From: an uncultured Bacilli bacterium
GTDB lineage: Bacteria; Bacillota_I; Bacilli_A; RF39; UBA660
DNA: 40,915 nt
NCBI GenBank assembly: GCA_947629365.1
Contig: CANRDM010000003.1
Coordinates: 1-40,915, forward strand
Direction: 5' to 3'
Shown: piece after piece, positions 35,665 to 40,915 of the stretch
Layout of the letters: the number at the start of each line of letters is the position of its first letter
How positions within the stretch are numbered: position 1 is the first letter of the stretch
The notes under the pieces: model-generated
Databases searched by the model: none
The model's input: the letters and a program-made list of their open reading frames with translations, nothing else
Told to the model about the DNA's origin: nothing
Translations under genes and position numbers: made by a program

Positions 35665-38307
35665 TTAATTTTTACTCCCGTTTTTGATTGCGGCTTGAGC
35701 AGCAGCAAGTCTTGCAATAGGAACTCTAAATGGTGAACAAGATACATATGTAAGACCTATATTATGGCAGAATTCAACACTTGATGGTTCTCCACCGTGT
35801 TCTCCACAAATACCAAGTTTAATATTTGGTCTAACACTCTTACCTTTTTCTACAGCCATTTTAACAAGTTCTCCAACTCCAGTTTGGTCAAGTTTTGCAA
35901 ATGGATCGATTTCATAAATCTTATTTTGATAATAACTGTCTAGGAATTTAGCAGCATCATCTCTAGAAAAACCAAATGTCATTTGAGTTAAATCATTCGT
36001 TCCAAATGAGAAGAATTCAGCTTCCGTAGCAATCTTATCCGCCGTAATTGCTGCTCTTGGAATTTCAATCATTGTCCCAATATGATATTCCATATCGCTA
36101 TTTTTCTCACTCTTAACTTTTTCGGCTGTTTCAATAACAATATCTTTAACAAATTTTAATTCTTTAACTTCACCAACTAAAGGTATCATAATTTCCGGAA
36201 CAATATCATATCCCTCTTCTTCTTTAACCTCTATAGCAGCTTCCATTAAAGCTCTTGTTTGCATTCTGGCAATTTCTGGATAAGTTACGGCAAGACGGCA
36301 ACCACGGTGTCCCATCATTGGGTTAAATTCGTGTAATTCACTACATTTATTTTTAATCTTTTCAACACTTACACCCATATCTTTAGCAAGTTCACTAATT
36401 TCTTCATCAGTTGTTGGTAAGAATTCGTGTAGAGGTGGATCAAGATAACGAACCGTCATAGGTAGTCCTTTTAATTCTTTATACATTGCCTTAAAGTCAC
36501 CTTTTTGGAATGGAATTAAAGCATCTAAAGCTTTTTCTCTTTCTTCAACTGTATCAGCTAGAATCATTTCTCTTATTTTAGGAATACGATCTGCTTCAAA
36601 GAACATATGCTCTGTTCGGCATAAACCAATACCTTCTGCTCCAAGTTCAACAGCTTTTTTAGTATCTCTCGGATTATCAGCATTAGTTCTTACTTTTAAT
36701 TTACGATATTTATCAGCCCAAGCCATAATACGGCCAAAATCACCTGTAATAGTAGCATCTTTAGTTTCAATATCACCATTATAAACTTTACCAGTATTAC
36801 CATCTAAAGAAATATAATCGCCTTCTTTAAAGGTATGTCCACCAAGGGTAAATGTTTTAGCAGCTTCATCAATTTTAATTGCTCCACATCCCGCTACACA
36901 GCAAGTACCCATACCTCTTGCAACAACAGCAGCGTGACTAGTTCTACCACCACGAACAGTTAAAATACCTTGACTAGCAACCATTCCTTCAATATCTTCA
37001 GGAGTAGTTTCAAGTCTAACTAAAACAACTCTTTCACCCTTACCACCTTTACCTTCTCTTTTAGCATCTTCAGCTGTAAAGACAACTTTACCAGCTGCAG
37101 CACCAGGAGAGGCAGGAAGTCCTTCACCAATAACTTCTGCTTTCTTTAAGGCATCATTATCAAATGTAGGGTGTAATAATTGATCTAAACTTTTAGCTTC
37201 AATTCTTAGAACAGCTTCTTCTTCACTAATCATTCCTTCATCAACTAAATCACAAGCAATTTTTATTGCCGCTGGAGCGGTTCTTTTACCATTTCTTGTT
37301 TGTAAGAAATATAATTTACCATTTTCAATTGTAAATTCCATATCTTGCATATCACGATAATGATCTTCTAGCTTTTGAGCAAGAGTCATAAATTCTTTAT
37401 AACATTCTGGTAAATCAGTTTCAAGTCTTGTAATAGGTTGTGGTGTTCTAACGCCCGCAACTACATCTTCACCTTGAGCATTAATTAAATATTCACCATA
37501 AATACCTTTTTCACCAGTGGCAGGGTTTCTTGTAAATGCTACACCAGTACCTGATGTATCACCCATATTACCAAAGACCATTGCTTGAACATTAACAGCT
37601 GTTCCCCAATCACCTGGAATATCATTCATTCTTCTATAAACTATTGCTCTTGGATTATCCCACGAACGGAATACTGCTTTAACTGCCCCAAGGAGTTGTT
37701 CTTGAACGTCTTGTGGGAATTCTTCCCCATTCATATTATCTTTATAAACTTGTTTAAATCTTTTAACAAGCTCTTTTAAATCTTCTGTAGTAAGTTCATT
37801 ATCATAAGTTACGCCTTTTTCACTTTTTAATTCATCAATAATTTTTTCAAAGTAACTTTTTGGTACTTCCATTACAACATCAGAATACATTTGAATAAAT
37901 CTTCTATATGAGTCATAGGCAAATCTTGGATTATTTGTACTCTTTGCAAAGCCCTCAACTGATACATCATTTAAACCTAAGTTTAAAATAGTATCCATCA
38001 TACCAGGCATACTTGCTCTTGCCCCACTTCTAACAGATACTAGAAGAGGCATAGAGACATCACCGAATTTTTTGCCAACCATTTCCTCTAATTTCTTTAA
38101 TGCATTTTGCATTTCATCAATAATTTCATCACGGATTACTTTACCATTAGCATAGTAATCTGTACAAGCTTCAGTAGTAATCGTAAAACCTTGAGGGATC
38201 GGTAATCCTAAATTAGTCATTTCGGCTAAATTAGCACCTTTTCCACCAAGAAGCTCACGCATATCTTTATTACCTTCGCTAAATAAATAAACATATTTTT
38301 TTGCCAT
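35665..38307 (-). CDS. ppdK: Pyruvate, phosphate dikinase
   Basis: LLGGKGANLAEM, SMPGMMDT, GGRTSHAAVVAR, GIGLCRTEHMF, GTNDLTQ, GICGEHGG. Confidence 0.98.
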   Translation of the reverse strand: MAKKYVYLFSEGNKDMRELLGGKGANLAEMTNLGLPIPQGFTITTEACTDYYANGKVIRDEIIDEMQNALKKLEEMVGKKFGDVSMPLLVSVRSGARASMPGMMDTILNLGLNDVSVEGFAKSTNNPRFAYDSYRRFIQMYSDVVMEVPKSYFEKIIDELKSEKGVTYDNELTTEDLKELVKRFKQVYKDNMNGEEFPQDVQEQLLGAVKAVFRSWDNPRAIVYRRMNDIPGDWGTAVNVQAMVFGNMGDTSGTGVAFTRNPATGEKGIYGEYLINAQGEDVVAGVRTPQPITRLETDLPECYKEFMTLAQKLEDHYRDMQDMEFTIENGKLYFLQTRNGKRTAPAAIKIACDLVDEGMISEEEAVLRIEAKSLDQLLHPTFDNDALKKAEVIGEGLPASPGAAAGKVVFTAEDAKREGKGGKGERVVLVRLETTPEDIEGMVASQGILTVRGGRTSHAAVVARGMGTCCVAGCGAIKIDEAAKTFTLGGHTFKEGDYISLDGNTGKVYNGDIETKDATITGDFGRIMAWADKYRKLKVRTNADNPRDTKKAVELGAEGIGLCRTEHMFFEADRIPKIREMILADTVEEREKALDALIPFQKGDFKAMYKELKGLPMTVRYLDPPLHEFLPTTDEEISELAKDMGVSVEKIKNKCSELHEFNPMMGHRGCRLAVTYPEIARMQTRALMEAAIEVKEEEGYDIVPEIMIPLVGEVKELKFVKDIVIETAEKVKSEKNSDMEYHIGTMIEIPRAAITADKIATEAEFFSFGTNDLTQMTFGFSRDDAAKFLDSYYQNKIYEIDPFAKLDQTGVGELVKMAVEKGKSVRPNIKLGICGEHGGEPSSVEFCHNIGLTYVSCSPFRVPIARLAAAQAAIKNGSKN

Positions 38308-38380
38308 TTTATAAGCCTCCTAAAGAATATTTTATCACAAGGTTTATTTATCACCAAAAAATATGTAATATTTTTGACAT

Positions 38381-39292
38381 TTATTGACGTTTTTTATTCG
38401 GATGATACATTAAATAAGCATTCCTTAATCTTTCATTACTTATATGGGTATATATTTCTGTCGTATTTAAATTAACGTGTCCTAATAGTTCTTGAACACT
38501 TTTTAAATCAGCCCCATTATCAAGAAGATGTGTTGCAAAAGAATGTCTTAAAGTATGGGGTGATATTTTATGTTTAACAGATGATTTTTTAATAATTTTG
38601 TCAATAATATATTCAATACTTTCTCTACTTATCTTGCTACCCTTTTGATTAACGAGTAAGTATTCTGTCCCATCTTTTATTAAATTATTTCTAATACTTA
38701 AATATTTATTTAATAATCTTTCACAAGACTCTCCATAATAAACTAATCTTTCTTTACTACCTTTACCCATAATTCTAATTGTTTTATTTTGGTAATCTAT
38801 ATCACTTAGTTTAATACTAGCACATTCACTAACTCTTATTCCAGTTGAATATAATAACTCAAAGATAAACTTTTCTTTAATATCTTCCTCATTATCTTCA
38901 TCTATTCCATCTATAATAGTATCTATTTCAACAATACTCAAATAATTAGGTAATTTTTTAGGTACTTTAGGATTTCTCACTCTTTTATAAATATTACTAC
39001 TAATTAATTTTACTTCTACTAAATAATTATAAAAACTTCTAAGTGTACTTAAAAGTCTCGAAATAGTTTTATTAGTAAATTTTAAATTATCTAAATATTT
39101 TAAATAATTCATCACTTCTTCTTTATTAATATCTAAATAATTTATTTTTTGCATCTTTAAAAAATCTTTATATAAAGATAAATCTCTTGCATAGCTTTCT
39201 TTAGTTAAAGAGCTATAGTTAAGTTCAAATTCAATATATTCTAAAAATTTATTAATTGCCTCTTCTATTTTCATAACTATATTATACAACAA
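38381..39292 (-). CDS. xerC: XerC/XerD-family tyrosine recombinase (chromosomal type)
   Basis: TGIRVSE, GKGSKER, PHTLRHSFATHLL, LLGH, TTEIYTH; true start may be MKIEE; XerC versus XerD not certain. Confidence 0.8.
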   Translation of the reverse strand: MLYNIVMKIEEAINKFLEYIEFELNYSSLTKESYARDLSLYKDFLKMQKINYLDINKEEVMNYLKYLDNLKFTNKTISRLLSTLRSFYNYLVEVKLISSNIYKRVRNPKVPKKLPNYLSIVEIDTIIDGIDEDNEEDIKEKFIFELLYSTGIRVSECASIKLSDIDYQNKTIRIMGKGSKERLVYYGESCERLLNKYLSIRNNLIKDGTEYLLVNQKGSKISRESIEYIIDKIIKKSSVKHKISPHTLRHSFATHLLDNGADLKSVQELLGHVNLNTTEIYTHISNERLRNAYLMYHPNKKRQ

Positions 39293-39306
39293 AAAAAGAT
39301 AGATGA

Positions 39307-39870
39307 CTAGGCAACATCATCTATCTTTTCTAATTTTCTTATTTTATTATTTTGGCGTTTATTTACTTCATCAATTATCATAAAATATATACATCTAGCT
39401 TTAGCATAAGGTAATTTATTAATTAAGGCTATAACATCTTTATAATTATTTGTATTTAAAGCAAATTTATATTGTTTTAAGTATTCTTGATACAATTCAT
39501 TATTATCAAGCTTTTCTACTACTTTTTTAAAATAACCATACAATTTATCTTTAAATGATTGTTCTAATTCATCAGTTGTATTAGCAAAATCATTTATGAT
39601 ATCAAACTTTTCTTTGGTTAATGCTTTCAAATTATGTTTTAAATTACTAATAATTTTAAATGTTCCAAATAAATAAAGTGGTTCAACTAAATTATTCTTT
39701 TCAATCAAACTTCTTAATTCTTCTTCCGTATATTTCGAAGTAAAAGAGTCAATTGAGCCAATATCATTAGTGCAATACTCATTAGGAATACTATTAATTT
39801 CAATGACATTATAGTCACCAGGTTTTCTTTCTAATACTAAATTATAAATTATATATTCATTTTTCATCAA
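39307..39870 (-). CDS. Hypothetical protein
   Basis: 187-aa ORF with AAGGGG RBS. Confidence 0.7.
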   Translation of the reverse strand: MMKNEYIIYNLVLERKPGDYNVIEINSIPNEYCTNDIGSIDSFTSKYTEEELRSLIEKNNLVEPLYLFGTFKIISNLKHNLKALTKEKFDIINDFANTTDELEQSFKDKLYGYFKKVVEKLDNNELYQEYLKQYKFALNTNNYKDVIALINKLPYAKARCIYFMIIDEVNKRQNNKIRKLEKIDDVA

Positions 39871-39927
39871 TTCATCCCCTTAACAAGGAGATTTATTATA
39901 CCATTTATAAGTAGCTATTGTCAATTA

Positions 39928-40845
39928 CTAACGATTACTTTGCTTATCTTTTACCAAAGATAAGACTTGTACTAACTTTTGCTTTGCACTTATTTCTTCA
40001 TTAAATTCTTTAACTAAATCATTAATATCAGTATCAATAAAACAATAATCATCTAAAGAGATTTTATATTCCCTTATGATATCATTTAATGTTGTATTTT
40101 CATCTATTTTAAAATTAAAGCCATTATAATTAAATCTTACTTCGCCTTTATTAACTCTAGCAATTAAAAATGCATCCATTAATATTTTTAAAAAACTATA
40201 ATTTAAACCAAATTTAAGGAAATGAACTTGATATTGTTGATCATAATGATAATCCGCAATCGATAACTCATAATTACTTACTCTTTGGTCAAATTCTAAG
40301 TGTTTTTTACGAGCATAAGCTACTTTAAAATCATTTTGAGGATAACCATAATGACGTTTTTTATAAGATGCCATTGCTTTTAGTATTTTATCTTCATTTT
40401 TAAAGAAGATAAAATAATCATTTTCTACATCCCACCAAAATTCATTGCCTTTTTCAATTCCTCTTTCAATATTTGCCCGTAAATTACATCTTTCTTGTAA
40501 ATAATATTTATCTTCAATAAGGCCATCAACATATTCTAAAATTTTATCTTTATAAATAATGGGAGCATAAACCTTAAGAGGATTACCATTCTTATCTTGA
40601 TATTTAGAAATAGTAAAAACTTGATAAAAATCACCATTAATAGTCATTCTCCGAAGTGAATGAGGTAAAACCCCACATTCAAATTCAGCTGAACCCATTA
40701 AATTAAAAAATAAAATATCATCTATACCATTAATGTCTTCATCTTTAAGGCTAGCAATATTCTTTTTAAAATAACCACTTTGAACAAGCCAAGGGTTTTT
40801 AGAAACTAAATTATATCTTTCCGAACCATACATTAATAAATACAC
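39928..40845 (-). CDS. Hypothetical protein
   Basis: Long ORF with no recognised motif. Confidence 0.65.
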   Translation of the reverse strand: MYLLMYGSERYNLVSKNPWLVQSGYFKKNIASLKDEDINGIDDILFFNLMGSAEFECGVLPHSLRRMTINGDFYQVFTISKYQDKNGNPLKVYAPIIYKDKILEYVDGLIEDKYYLQERCNLRANIERGIEKGNEFWWDVENDYFIFFKNEDKILKAMASYKKRHYGYPQNDFKVAYARKKHLEFDQRVSNYELSIADYHYDQQYQVHFLKFGLNYSFLKILMDAFLIARVNKGEVRFNYNGFNFKIDENTTLNDIIREYKISLDDYCFIDTDINDLVKEFNEEISAKQKLVQVLSLVKDKQSNR

Positions 40846-40915
40846 CTCTTTTTTTGCTCATATTCTAACACTAGCAATTATAAAAATCAATTAAATTATT
40901 TAAAAAAAGTAAACC

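Noticed and set aside
4381-37779. Short ORFs nested in or antisense to long genes (4381, 6448, 6733, 9945, 11547, 11823, 14857, 15310, 15370, 15419, 17280, 22722, 27902, 37585)
   Set aside because: Shadows of well-supported CDSs, without RBS or recognisable motifs.
38381-39292. Tyrosine recombinase as the ICE integrase
   Set aside because: Size and motifs fit chromosomal XerC/D, and it lies beyond ppdK, outside the element.

Overview
Very AT-rich, standard-code DNA from a low-GC Bacillota (inferred). About 1-35,650 is one end of an integrative conjugative element (ICE), mostly on the minus strand. It carries a MOBL-type relaxase with RHH accessory genes and a candidate oriT, a Gram-positive/Mollicutes-type T4SS (VirB4, VirB6-like, VirB2-like, M23 peptidase), SSB, a sortase with a thioester-domain adhesin, cargo (Gfo/Idh/MocA, NUDIX, LysR), a defence block (PIN protein, PLD-SNF2 helicase, N6-adenine MTase) and a Rep/ParB/XRE end module. 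No integrase or VirD4 is in view. From 35,665 the DNA looks chromosomal (ppdK, xerC-like). The standout is the only plus-strand cassette (20,810-24,480): an ExoIII/AP endonuclease coupled to a group II-intron-type reverse transcriptase. The RT has no room for an intron RNA, a degenerate HNH domain, a DGR-like QG->LG change, a FADD active site and an extra C-terminal domain. All calls come from motif reading only; no searches were run.
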